A stretch of DNA of 64,000 bases from Hemiscyllium ocellatum (taxonomy: Eukaryota). Every line of letters begins with the position of its first letter. The first letter of the stretch is position 1. The position numbers were made by a program, and so were the translations under genes. Under the pieces are notes generated by a model. It was given only the letters and a program-made list of their open reading frames with translations. It did no database searches and was not told the origin of the DNA. The stretch spans positions 124,001 through 188,000 of the forward strand of contig NW_026869048.1 in assembly GCF_020745735.1 (NCBI RefSeq). Direction: 5' to 3'. Of the stretch, positions 36,663 to 49,724 are shown in pieces.

Positions 36663-38904
36663 TGTTCTCAATGCCCAATTCCCATGCAAGAAGTGAAAAA
36701 GTGAGAGACTTGCAAAATAAAAATCACTAACAAATCATGAATGAGCAATAATTAGAAAATTAATATGATCAAAGGACACAACAATATTCAGGTGAATTTC
36801 ATTGTTTAACAACAAATTTGGGAATGAGCTAACTAATGAATAACGGGAAATAACATTTGTTTGTTTCACTGATGGAGAAATTGACTTGCTTTTCATCTTT
36901 GCAACACTGCAGAAAAGTGGTGTATGTGCCTGAAATGTTTGAAGTAAGCTCTTTCCAATAAAAAAAAACAATGCAATTCCATCGACTTATTCATCCTTAA
37001 GACTCAAACATTATCAAATACTTTCCAGAAACTTAGAATCAGCAGAATTAGTCACTTTGATTTCTTGGGAACTCAGACAGAATAAACAGCAGATTCTGTG
37101 AATTAGTCAGTCAATGCGATTATTCTGCTGAAGACAACATCCCTTCTTTGCAAAATGCTCAACTTCGAAAAATTCAATATGTATTGTCATTGTTTAACGA
37201 GACAATACAGAGATGTTAATTCTTTTTCATTTGACTTAACAAAACGCAGCAATGTTACATGATTTTATTGCGTGAAAAATACTTAAATCTTATTGTGGTC
37301 AGAAATACAACAAATGTTCGCATCGAAGTGAAATATATTTAAATTAATTCAACTATGCTTCCGCGAGTAAAGTAAGAATTCATGTTAATAATGATTGAGA
37401 TTATACACCACAATATATTTAGTTATTAATGTAAAGAGCCGTAATTCCACGTTTACGGCAAGTACTGGATTGAATAATTATTAGGTATGAGCAACAACTG
37501 AATATAAAATTCGATCAATGAATTTAGAAATAATGAGAAATCTCATTTTGCTATGTGACTGAGGAATATTTGCAAACAAACAGGAACTATTGCAGGGAAA
37601 AGTAATTGCAGGTCTGTGAATTTAAAGTTTGTGACTATGGAGATCATTCAAATAAGCAAACATTAGACAGTCACAACTAATGTTGGATGCGAAGTCCTTG
37701 GATCCATTGTGGGAAACTTGACCTGAAAATCAAGTTTCATATTGTAGTGTTGGTACTCAGAAACAATTGGTCAAATTAAAATCTGAATCTCATTTTACTT
37801 GTTCAAAAGATTTTCTTAAACAATTGTGCAAGTATTATCATGACAATGACGTGATAATTAATGTTGCAATATGAGCAATGAAGATGATTCAATATTTCAA
37901 AAACACATTGCTGTGATGTTGATTGGATATTTATTAAAATTGGTAAATTGTGCAATAGAATATAGTAACTAGCTTTATGAATTGAAGAAAAACTGAACCA
38001 GTGATTAGAGAACATTTTTTTCTTTCTTGACTAAAAAATGTAGATAACACAAGAAATATGAATTTCTATCAAATGGTTTGTTCATGGAGACATGTTATTT
38101 TAATTTAGATGATTAATATTATGATCAGAGTTCAGACATTTGTGTCAGAATTTGGAAGAAAGTTAATAGATAATGAAAAAAAGCATGAAAGTGAACAAAT
38201 GATGCAGTCAATGATATTTGGTACATAAAGGAATTATAAAAATTGTTCATTATTGTACAGTGATGAATAATGTTGGAATAGAAAAGACAAAAAAGAATCA
38301 ATATGTTCAAAGCAGTTCTTTTCTTACAATTAAATGAAACCAATAATCATTTTGCACAGCACGTGATTTTAAAAAACAGTCATTTCATGTGTTATGTAAA
38401 CTGAAAACTACTTCCATTTTGCAAACATGGAGTTTTTCCCAAATTCACAATTTTGGTGTGCTGAAATATACAACAAAAATGGTTGTAATTTCTAATATCT
38501 CTTGCACACAAATTTAAAATATGTAAACTTAAAGATTATTAGAATGACAAAACGTTTATTGTTTGCATGATTGTGTTACAGTCAATATCTGTGATAAAGT
38601 AGAAGCATTGTTTTAAGCAACATAAATCATCTTTAACTACTGAACTGAAATAGAAGATATCAATTGCACTTGTTGCATGGAATAGTAAACAAATGGTTAC
38701 TGTTGTCATTGGTTTCAGGAGCAATAAGGTATTTTACTGAACAATAATCAGATGGTGATGGAAGTCTTTGTGTTGCTTTATGTGTATTGTTTAGTGTGAA
38801 CATTGGGTTCGATAAAATTGAGATATTTACATGAATTAGGAACAGATTGATAATTGGGTGCGAATGATCTGATTTAAAATCAGACAGTTTTTAATATTTA
38901 CGAG

Positions 38905-39956
38905 GATTGCTGGCTGGAAGGAGACAGAGGGTAGTAGTTGATGGATTATGTTAATCTTGGAGCGCAGTTACTAGCGGTGTACCACAAGGATCTGTTTTGG
39001 GACCATTGCTTTTTGTTATCTTTATAAATGATCAGGAGGAAGGACTTGAAAGCTGGGTAAGCAAGTTTGCGGATGACACAAAAGTCGGTGGAGTTGTGGA
39101 TAGTGAGGAAGGAAGTGGTAGGTTACAGCGGGATATAGATAAGTTGCAGAGCTGGGCGGAAATGTGGCAAATGGAATTCAATGTAGCTAAGTGCGAAGTC
39201 GTTCACTTTGGTAGGAATAACAAGATGATGGATTACTGGGCTAATGGTAGGCTACTTGGTAGTGTGGATGAGCAGAGGGATCTTGGTGTCTATGTACACA
39301 GATCTCTGAAAGTTGCCACCCAGGTAAATAGTGCTGTGAGGAAGGCATATGGTGTACTGGGCTTTATTGGCAGAGGAATTGAGTTCCGGAGTCCTGAGGT
39401 CATGTTGCAGTTGTATAAGACTCTGGTGAGGCCTCATCTGGAGTATTGTGTGCAGTTTTGGTCGCCATACTATAGGAAGGATGTGGAAGCTTTAGAACGA
39501 GTGCAGAGGAGGTTTACCAGGATGTTGCCTGGAATGGTAGGAAAATCTTATGAGGAAAGGCTGAGGCACTTGGGGCTGTTCTCATTGGAGAAGAGAAGGT
39601 TTAGGGAGATCTGATAGAAGTGTATAAGATGATTAGGGGTTTAGATAGGGTAGATACTAAGAACCTTTTACCGCTAATGGAGTCAGGTGTTACTAGGGGA
39701 CATAGCTTTAAATTAAGGGGTGGTAGGTATAGGACAGATGTTAGGGGTAGATTCTTCACACAGCGGGTTGTGAGTTCATGGAATGCCCTGCCCGTATCAG
39801 TGGTGAACTCTCCTTCTTTATGGTCATTTAAGCGGGCATTGGATAGGCATTTGGAAGTTATTGGGCTAGTATAGGTTAGGTAGGATTCGGTCGGCGCAAC
39901 ATCGAGGGCCGAAGGGCCTGTACTGCGCTGTATCCTTCTATGTTCTATGTTCTATG
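38905..39956 (+). mobile_element. 5'-truncated CR1/HER1 LINE, relatively young
   Basis: 205-aa open RT C-terminus (GPLLFVIFIND, FADDTK, RPHLEYCVQFWSP), one frameshift near 39610, and an end in (TTCTATG)3. Confidence 0.95.
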
Positions 39957-42900
39957 CTGAGTGAAACGTTCTTAAACCATCATGTAATTAACGGGATAAG
40001 TAAGAGGTATGCAAATCGAACTTTCAAATGAGCACACCCTGATATTTTCGCACCATTTTAGTATCATATTCAATATAACTAGATGACTGGAAAGCTAAAA
40101 ACAAATCTCACACAATTGATAAACTGACCAGTAATTAAAAATTGATAAATAATAGCAAGTGGCATTTGTTTATTTTACTGAGAAGTCATTGATCTTTCCT
40201 CATTGCACAGGAGCATAAAATTCTGTGTTGTTTTAATTAAGATCTACAGAACAAGAGAAAATTAATGACTATCATGACTTTGTATATTTAAGCTTTATGA
40301 CTGCAACATTCTCAAATATTTTCTCTGGAATATTGATTGAGTGGAGTTCGATACATTTTCCTATGAGTGACCAGAAGAAAGTTCCTCGCAGATACTGTGA
40401 TTATAGGAATGGACGATTATACCTCCAAATAATCTACAGACATTGTGACTGGAAATACAGTACGTGTAAGCATCGAAGTAAATTACAATCAAATCAATTC
40501 AAAAATGTTTCCAAGTTTAAAATAAATGCAATATACACAATGATTGAGAGATTGTACATTGCAATGTCCTTGCAGTATTTATTGCACATAAGCATAATTC
40601 CACATTTGTAGCCCTTACTGGATTACACAATTATTAGATATAAGATATATTAGTAATAAAGGGAGTTAAAAATACATATTCGTGAATTTGAGAATAATGA
40701 GATATCCCATCTTGATATTAGACTGAGTAATATGTAGAAATGAAGAGTAATATTGTAGGGAAACGTAATTGGAGCTCTCTGAATTTCAAAGGCTGAGATA
40801 ATTGTTATATTTCACTTGAGCAAAAATTAGACATTTACAATGAGTGTTGCCAGGGATATTCTTGGTCGTTTTGTATGTGCATGGGCCTGAACAAACAGGT
40901 ATTAATATAGTAGCATTGATAATCAGAAATAGTGATTGATTTTTTTTTAAAACACCGCATTTTAAAAAGTCTATATTAAATTGCTGTTCAATTATTGTAA
41001 TTGATAATTGCTTTTAGAATCCTAACAGATAAATTGACTTAATATTTTTGAAAACACTTTTCTCTGATGTTGATTGGATATTCATTAAGATTAGCGAACT
41101 GAAAATTAAAGCATAAAACTACGCTCTATGATGTGAAAAAATCATTCAGCAGCAATTGACAAAAAATGATTTTGTTTAAAAATGCAGGCATTGCAAGATT
41201 TATATGCTTCCAATTGTTTTCTTGAAGAGTCATGTCAATTTTATTGATGTAATTTTTATCACAATAAATGTTTTGAAATTTATTTCAGAATTAGGAGGGA
41301 AAGAATTTGGCCATGGAAGGGACTAATACTGTGAACAAAACATAGAGTCAATGAATTTCATCTGGAAAGGAATTCTCATAATTGTGTGATTATTGTTCAC
41401 TGACATCTAATATGGGAGGAAAAGGAGAATTGTCAACATTTCCAAGCAATATTTTTCTTATAGTGAATTGAAAATAAAAATCATTTTGTAGGGCAATTTG
41501 TTTGAAAAAGGAAACAGTCATTTCATTTGACTCGTTCCCGAATCCCCCATTGTAGTCTTTACAATAACTTAAAACTTCGTGTTGGTTGAACAAAAGAACA
41601 AATTGATAAAATCAAAATGTTTTCTTGTACACTAAAAAAGTAAATGTAAAGCAATTTTATCCTGAAAATTATATCGCTCTGAATGTAAACATTTCACACA
41701 CAATAAATGTTTATGTTGAATTGAAATGTCATCACAGCTGTAGAAGTGATTTCCCCTGACAGGGAATGAGGACGCAGGAGGCAGGCTGAGCTGAGGCATG
41801 TTAATGAAGGGATCATCCCCCGAGGACAATCACGGAAGGGAGATCCATGGCACACTGTAACATATACAGTAAAAAAGCAGCATTTTATGGACTTTCTGTA
41901 TCACAGTGGCCACATGCAATGTGGTTACAGCCCTTCCCTCCTCATCCAAACGCCCAATTGAATCACATAATCGCAGATGGGCATTCTCATGGACATCCCC
42001 AGATTCCAACTGGGAACTTTCCATGCGTCTTATTGACATAGATTCCAAAGTTATTCCTGAACTCTCTCGGGCCTCTCAGGATACCTTATCAGTTGGGAAA
42101 TTTTGAATTCTGCTAGTCATTATATTTTATTTTATCAAAGCCAATTACTCCTTATATGTTTCACTGTCTTAATTATGTATGTACAAAGAAATAGAAAAAA
42201 CAGTTAATTTTAGCTTATTTGTTATAAGATTAGTAATATGACTTGCGTTATAAAGTTCGTTATATTGTGTAAAATTTTACAGCTACTCTTTCTGTCAGGA
42301 CTTCATAATTAATGGGCAATCAACATCATACCGTGAAGTTAATTCCTAAAACTAAGTAACTTCAAATCTCAGTCTAAATGTTTGTAGTAGGCATTGGTTA
42401 CATGTATCAAACTTATGTTGCAAATTTCCCCTATTATACTCAAGAATCTGTCATTAACCTTTGTTTAATATTCTGAGTAACTGTAAAATAATAACTATAT
42501 CTGACAAATGAACTCTTCTGTTGTCATAATAGCTGCTTTGTGAGTTAACGGGGCTGCACCCTGCAGCTTCTGTTTATTCATTTATTGGGACAATTATCCT
42601 TTCATTTATGAAGATCAGGATTGGTCATTTGTCTGTATGTCAGCATGCTCTTATAAAGAAATGTCTGGAATGTTGTAGTCCTGGCGTTGGATTCGGTCCA
42701 TTGGTAGTGTGCTTTCTTTTAATTTAAGGCTGGAACAGAATGTTAGTCTAGTTTATCACCCCCTGACACCTTGTATTTTAGTTCTAAGGTAGGCTGCCTG
42801 TTTTTGAAAGTCAGGCATTTTGTATGAGCCAATATGGACCATTCTATTCCAGGTGGGGGCAGCCCAGAACAGCAAATCAACTAAGATTCAAGTATTGGAA

Positions 42901-44551
42901 TAAAAATCACCATTCGCTACCATTGGTATCTGTAAAATGCAATGCGTTCATGTTACTGAGCCTTAACTACACACTTAAAACTAGATACAATGGATTTGGT
43001 CAATTCTTAACTATTAGATATAAGCAACAATTAATCTTAAAAACATTTCATAGCAAATTTAAAAATGATTAGAAATCTCATATAGCTGCCCGTCATGTGT
43101 AAAAATGAACAGCATTTATTGGAGTGTAAAATAATCAGACCACTCTTAACATGTCAGGATGAAAATTAATCCAATGATTTCTGTGAACATTCAAATGAGA
43201 AGGGAACAGATATTACCTGTGAGTGTTGGATAAGGAATCATTAATTAGTTTGTATTTGTGTTATCCTGGAATAAGAGAACATTTTTAAAAAAAATAATGA
43301 CACTAAGAAATACTGGATTAAATTAAAACGTGAATTTGACGATGTTTGTTACAAAAACTAAACTGTGTTATTTTTGGAATGACAATGAATTGATAATTAA
43401 TTTTAGAACTTTGGCAAAGTAAATGATTCAATATGTCTAAATGGATTTGCTCTGATGTTGACTAGATATTTCTTAATCTGTCTGCCGAGAATGCAAATTC
43501 CGGCATGATGATAAGGAAAGACATTAGACATTCAGTGAACATTGATCAGAAATGGTTTGTCATTCAAAATTCTCAGATCTTCAAAATTTCTATACTTGGT
43601 TTCTCTACTTTTCTTCTGAAGAAATATATAATAAGAACAAATTCTGCATTGTACTTAATTCATGCAATTTTTCATCTCATCAATATTTAGACATTTGAGT
43701 CAAAATTATAAAGAAAGTAAGTCATAAGGGAGATTTATTTTCACAGAAGCAGTCAACAGCATTTATCAATGTATTTGTTTCAATGTTGTCTCTGAGTAAA
43801 CAGGAAAATACATTTAATGGGGATCTATTGACAATGTAATGAGCCACAATTAAATTTTTATCATAATTTTTGGCTTGGAAATCTATCAGAAAAAAATCCT
43901 ATATTCAGGACTTGCTTCATCTCGATACATGTTACGTGTAGTATTCTCAGTCATAAGAAATAAGTTGTCATCATGGGTCTGGGAAAGATATAGTGTGTAA
44001 ATTATAATACGGTTTCTCTTCCATATGTTTGTATCTGGTGAGACCTGAATGTTTGCTGTGATTATTCATCCTGAGAACAATAAGGCACGTACAAAGCGTA
44101 TTTCACCGAACAGTAATTTGGTGGTCTTGAAGACCATTACGAGTACTTTGATTTTAATAATGTTGAGATGATTTCCATGATCTGGGAAATATTTGACAAC
44201 ATTTTCCCAAAATTCTGGATTCTAAGCATTCAATGGGTTTCATGAAAACACCCTTCACTTGTCGTCATTCTCAAGCGAGGTGTATAACGCTCAGGCACTG
44301 GCTGCAAGTCAAGGTGCCAGAAAGTCTGCATAAAACTCTTCAAAGCACAACTCTCGGGCTGGTTGTGATTGGATCTCTCGAACCTTTGTGACCTCTTTGA
44401 CTGGTCTTTCCACAATTTTCTGGAGCTGATTATTTTGTCTAATGTTTGCTTTAGTTTGGTCTTTTTAGCTCCGATTTCTCCAGCTGTCGGAATATTTAGA
44501 ATGTTCAATTATGTGCGACAGATCACTTGACGTTACTGGACAGGTATAATA

Positions 44552-44803
44552 TGATTGGGAGATGCCGGTGTTGGACTGGGGTGTACAACGTTAAAAATCA
44601 CACAACACCAGGTTATAGTCCAACAGGTTTAATTGGAAACACACTAGCTTTCAGAGCGACACTCCTTCATCGGGTGATCACCTGATGACGGAGCGTCGCT
44701 CCGAAAGCTAGTGTGTTTCCAATTAAACCTGTTGGACTATAACCTGGTGTTGTGAGATTTTTAACTTTGTACACCCCAGTCCAACACCAGCATTTCCAAA
44801 TCA
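44552..44803. repeat. 252-bp spacerless palindrome of two Penelope-type terminal repeats (family B), head to head
   Basis: Arms of 126 bp centred on TGA|TCA (44677/44678). By-eye comparison gives 9 mismatches and no gaps. Confidence 0.95.
44679..44713 (+). ncRNA. minimal type I hammerhead ribozyme motif (intact core)
   Basis: CAC-CUGAUGA-C-GGAGC-GUC-GCUCC-GAA-AGCU-A-GUG: 3-bp stem I, 5-bp stem II, palindromic stem III (AGCU) and a CUA triplet. The mirror copy at 44642-44676 (-) has U4>C. Confidence 0.7.
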
Positions 44804-44804
44804 G

Positions 44805-47800
44805 ATCAACCATGAGTTCGTTGAATGGTTGTGCAGACTCCTTGCGCTGAATAGCATACTTCCACTTGGTTTAACATTTCGTCTAACGCCTTATTTTATT
44901 CATAAGTTCAGAATTGTGAGGGGATGGGATGAAGTGACATAAAAGGTTTATTGAACAGATCAGACACAGCAGGAACAAGGCTCATAAACTCAGGAAGAAG
45001 AAATATGCTGTGATCTGGGGGCAACAAATGACACTGGGCCCAGCACAGGTGGCTGTGCACAGAAGCTGTGATTGCTGAAGAAAGTTGCTAGATCTTATAC
45101 AGTTGGCAAGTCAGTGATCACGCTGGATGATGGATCGTTGTATGATTCACACACAGCAGAAATTTGTGAAAGAACGAAATGTTTGTTTCATTGGAGACAT
45201 TTTCTGTGGTTCCAATTCCGATTGACTGTTTGAAATGCTGATCAGATTTTTGTGTGAAGTGTTAGGTTAAAATACTCATGAACAATCCCACTGGATAAGC
45301 CTGTGTTCCCGATCTGTAGTTTTTTTTTTCTTTCTTTCAATGTAAATTCATAGAAAGACAAGATGGAATGTAGGGCGGAAAGAAAAATGGGTTCTTTCTC
45401 ATTTCACCAATTTCATCTACAATTGAATAGAATGGCTGCTCTCACTCTTCATTTCGACTTTAATGTGGTGTCGATTATTTGTGAATCTCCCGTGCAGTGA
45501 AGGGCAAGAAAAAGATTCTCGATCCAGTGTATACCAGAGTGTGAGCTGCAAATAAAAACTGCTAGAGCGGTACATAAAGTTAGCAACCAGAGTGTGACTC
45601 GAACCAGTGAATGTGGAGCACAGCGATATAATTACCCACCACCATAATCCCTCGGTCCCCTCTGCACATTTTGTAGAGGGGTGACATATGATCACACCAT
45701 TGTGCTTCTGCCTTCACCAGAATTATAGTAACAGCAAATTCCAATAAATAGTCATGCTGATCAGAATGAATAACTGTCATTGATACATTCTGAGTCAGAA
45801 CTGAGTCAGAATGAAACAGGACAAGAATTTTCCGTCATATTTACATCTACATTTGACTCATAATTTCTTCCGTCACATGCTCTCTCACGTGAAGAAGCAG
45901 CCATGGAGAGGGATATGAAGGCGATGTTGTCACTCAATGGCCTTTCTCATTTGGCTGAACCTGAATTGGATTAAATCGCAAGAACTCATGATTTGTTCGT
46001 TTCATTTAATTTTGCTGAAACCTCACAATGTTCATTGTAATAATCAGAAGTGAGTTAGATATATCTCATTGGAACGAATCATGTTGTATTCAAATTTGCT
46101 ATGACTTTATTTCAGCTTAAGGAAAATACTGCTTTGAAAAACAGAGGGTTAAAGTGCAAAAGAAAACCCACCAGTTTTGTTGCTCGTTGCTTTGGCAAAT
46201 TTCACTGAGTACGAAATGGACCAAACATCATTGTGTTTGTTCTCACATCCTTAATGCAAGTGATGAAATCAGGAAGTCGTTCTCCAAGCAACTGGTCACT
46301 TCCTATTCATTATGTAATATCTTCCCTTCACAATAAATAAAAATCCACTCAGTTCAATTTACAATGCTTTAGGTGGAATATTATGCCAAATCTTTCAAAA
46401 TGCAGACTTTTGGAACCGAATCTCATTCAGCTGCACACATTAAGAGAATTTCTTTACATTTAAAGTCAACTAATTTAGACACTGTTTCCCCACAACTACC
46501 GACCGACTACACCCCATCCCTACAGCTTTACCTACCCACACGCTGTGTCTCTCCTTGTGAAATTTATTCCTTGCATATCAACAAATGTGCCTTTCCAATT
46601 ATTTTGAAAACCAGATTCTCGGAGTGACAGCGATTGTGTTCTCACCATTTCGTTCTCCTTCAAAGGTTTGATTAAAGGTATTGAACACCTGATATCTAGA
46701 TGTTTACTTACTTGAAAGATGGAATATTCCACCTATTTACTCTGACCAAACATTTCATAACCTGCAAAAAAACCATTAAGTCTTCCTTGGTTCAAGGATA
46801 ACTGTTCTCAGTTTTCCAAGAAGACAAATGAATAAAATCTCATTTTCAGTACACCCCCATCAGCATCTTTTCTAATGGCTTTACACCCCAGTAAACCCCG
46901 TCATTATCAATTCATTGAATCACAGAATCCTACAGTGCAGAAATAGCCGGTATAGGGCTGGCATCGACTCTCTGAAGAGCATCTCACCTAGACCCACCTC
47001 CCCTCCCTATTTCCATATATTTCACCTGAAGAAGGGGAATCCCTCCCCCCCCCCCCTTATGATTTCAAATAAACCTGTTGGAGTATAATCTGACGTCCTG
47101 TGATTCCTGACCTTATCCCCACATTTCCCATGGCTAATTCACTTAACTTACTTAATTCACTCCCTGGACAGGAGAGGGCAACTTAACTTTGCCAATCAAC
47201 CCAACCCTCCCTCTGAAAACCAGTGCGAATTACTGAGACAATGTTCCATCATACTGAGTAAATGCTGTATCATTTTGCAATGGTTTTATACCCTGGTAAC
47301 AGCCTCATCAGAATAAATGAACCCAAATTCAATGTATCGAAACGCTACTCTGTCCTTTACAATTTCATTCGTGCTGCGGAAATGTTTCTGCACTCATATT
47401 TGAATGTGTTTACGTTGTTTCTTCCTCAGCTTCCTGCTTCTAGTAAACACTTTAATCCGGAACAAGTCTGTCAAATACTTTTCATTCCAACACAGTCACA
47501 AGGTGAAGTTTGCAGAAGGCACGTGTTTGGCCGTTCACTGACACACAGCCTTCCTGAGAGCTGCAGTCCTTCCCCACCTTTATTCAGGCAGCACTGTCCT
47601 TGCTGTGACATGCCCCATCTAGAATGGAAGGACAGGTATCAGTACCCGCACTTGGGAACGGGGCGACAGTTTTAAAATAGTTACACTGTCCCCAGCGGAG
47701 AATTGAGGCCTGTGTCAGTCGGGGACACTAACCATTATACTACCAAGGATAAGAGTGTCAAAGGAGGCCCTTCAACCAAATGTGCCCACACTTGTCAAAT

Positions 47801-47935
47801 ACACCTGCCTAATGAACTGAATCACATTTCACAATTCTTACCCCACAGTCTTATGTGTCTTGGCATCACAAGCTCACATCTGAATATTTATTCACGTTGT
47901 AAGGGTTTCTGTCGGTCTGAACAATGCAGACAGTA
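44805..47935. repeat. left arm of inverted segmental duplication (partner ~49725-52890)
   Basis: Colinear reverse-complement blocks, e.g. 45121 cgctggatgatggatc vs ~52558 gatccgtcatccagcg; 45880 tctcacgtgaagaag vs ~51764 cttcttcacgtgaga; 46580-46660 vs 50990-51100. Confidence 0.85.
47689..47749 (-). pseudogene. tRNA-Asp-derived pseudogene (internal deletion)
   Basis: TCCTTGGTAGTATAATGGTTAGTGTCCCCGACTGACACAGGCCTCAATTCTCCGCTGGGGA vs the tRNA-Asp pattern TCCTCGTTAGTATAGTGGTGAGTATCCCCGCCTGTCAC...; about 10 nt missing before the T-loop. Confidence 0.75.
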
Positions 47936-48370
47936 TATTCCAAATTCCAACCACCCACTGGCTGATAAAGCTTTTTCGCACATCTTCGCGACTGCGCCAC
48001 TCAGTTCCTCTGATTCTGGGGCTGGGAATTGGGACTATGTGGCAGCAGTGTTTACTGCCTTGTGTGGGGAAACTGGTGAAGTAGCCAATGTTAAACTGCA
48101 TTACTATTGAAGCATACATTTCAACAACACCTGCACTGTCCCCGGAGTTTTTGATGTTTTGGAGAAATCTACTTATCTCAGCTTTCAGCATATTAATGAT
48201 GGAATCACCACAGCCACTGTGGGAACTGATATTAAGCGGTCAGCCCGTTCTGAGTTCCCACATATCTGCCACTGTTCGCTTAGCACTGATATTGTGCATT
48301 TGGTGCGTTGCCTAACATGTCCTATGAGATTGTACTTATTGTACTCTGTCAGCGCACTCATCTGTGCAAT

Positions 48371-48442
48371 GCTGTGATCGTATAGTGGTTAGTACTCTGT
48401 GTTGTGGCCGCAGCAACCTCGGTTCGAATCCGAGTCACGGCA
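48371..48442 (+). tRNA. tRNA-His(GTG): tRNA-His(GTG), near-intact
   Basis: GCTGTGATCGTATAGTGGTTAGTACTCTGTGTTGTGGCCGCAGCAACCTCGGTTCGAATCCGAGTCACGGCA differs from the canonical vertebrate tRNA-His by two C>T changes that leave G.U pairs. A and B boxes are intact. A T6 run lies at 48507-48512. Confidence 0.88.
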
Positions 48443-48661
48443 GTAATTCCTCTATCTGCTCCAGCTCTTGGGAAACACAAAGGAATCAGTTGTTTGGATG
48501 AAGTAATTTTTTCCAAGGTGATGATCTTTTCCCTTCAAATTCTGCTCGCTCACATCTCTGTATTTCATATGTCAGAATTCAAATCCACCCGTTCTCAGAG
48601 ATTTCACTCCCTCCTACGATCACTAACTGAACTTTTCATCCCACAGCCCCATTACATTAAT

Positions 48662-48785
48662 TTAGAGATGCCGGTGTTGGACTATGGTATAAAAAGTTAA
48701 AAACCACACAACACCAGGTTAGAGTCTAACAGATTTAACTGAGCAATAGTTTTCGGAGCTATGCTCTTTCATCATGTGGTTGTGG
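48662..48785 (-). repeat. solo family-B Penelope terminal repeat with degenerate HHR
   Basis: Matches the left arm of the 44552 palindrome. The HHR reads ATGATGA...GAAAACTA (core mutated). Confidence 0.7.
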
Positions 48786-49094
48786 AGTCATTTCCTCTTT
48801 CATTAAGGCACTGCGGAATCGAACACAGTCTCTCACATTGATACCATTCAGTCTGTGCTGCTGCGGTCACCGTTGCTGGGTGAACGTGCCCCAACCCCAC
48901 CATCGGGACCTGCAGATCAGTTGATCCATTTGGTTACGGCTGTTGTGAGGCCAATCCTCAGGTAGCAGCTTTTACTGATATGGACTTGCGATTATGGGGG
49001 GTCAAGCTCAGGAAAATGATACAGGACAATATCGAGGAAAAGCGACTTCTTTCAGAAAGATTAGTTTCACGGGTTTTCCGCAATGGCCGAGCGC

Positions 49095-49420
49095 TATTAC
49101 CACTGGACTGTTCACTCAGATACAGAGCAAATGAACCAGGGATCCGGGTTTGACTCCAACCATGCCAGGTGTTAGAATTGAGATTCAATACATATCTGAA
49201 ATTACGAATCTAATAACACCTATAAATCCATGGGCAATTGTTGAAAAAAACAAAACCATCGTGTTCACTGACGTCAATCTTACCTGGTCAGGCCTCGATG
49301 TGACTGCCGACTCACTGCTACACGGTTGAGTCTCAACTGCCCGCTGTGCAATTAGGGATCGCAATCAATACTGCCGAGACAGCGACGTCCCCATTCTGTA
49401 ACAGAATAGGAAAAAAAGTT
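49095..49420 (+). mobile_element. Deu-domain SINE (SacSINE1/AmnSINE-like), degenerate
   Basis: tRNA-like head (gggatccgggtttgactcc) and central cttacctggtcaggcct..atgtgact Deu-type block. A related reverse copy lies at ~57480-57800. Confidence 0.55.
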
Positions 49421-49724
49421 AATTTAGCTCTAGCTAGAGTACTGTGTGCAGTTCTGCAATTCACAGTATAGCAATGATGTGATGGCACTGCGAACGTTGC
49501 AGGAGAGATTCAATGGGATATTGTCTGGGCTGAAGAGTTTCAGTTATGAGGAGAGATTGGACAGACTGGGGTTGTTTATCACCGAACAGAGGAGATTGGA
49601 GAAGACATGACTGAGATGTTCACAATAATGAGGGATGTGGATAGGATAGACTGAAAGAAGCGTTTGTTATTGATGGAGGGATTGAACACTGGGGTCAAGA
49701 GATTTTGGGAAAAGGCAAAAAGGT

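Larger units (their letters stand above)
33410..44200. repeat. unidentified AT-rich multi-copy unit (inverted copy 33410-33780; direct copies ~37080-38500, ~40400-41300, ~43400-43950)
   Basis: Shared blocks: ctgatgttgattggatat-like at ~37911, ~41064 and ~43452; gcatcgaagt at 37320 and 40470; taattccac at ~37443, ~40576 and inverted at 33419. Confidence 0.7.

Noticed and set aside
41906-42106. WAFSWTSPDSNWELS segment, possibly an old DNA-transposase fragment
   Set aside because: Too short and uncertain to assign without a database search.
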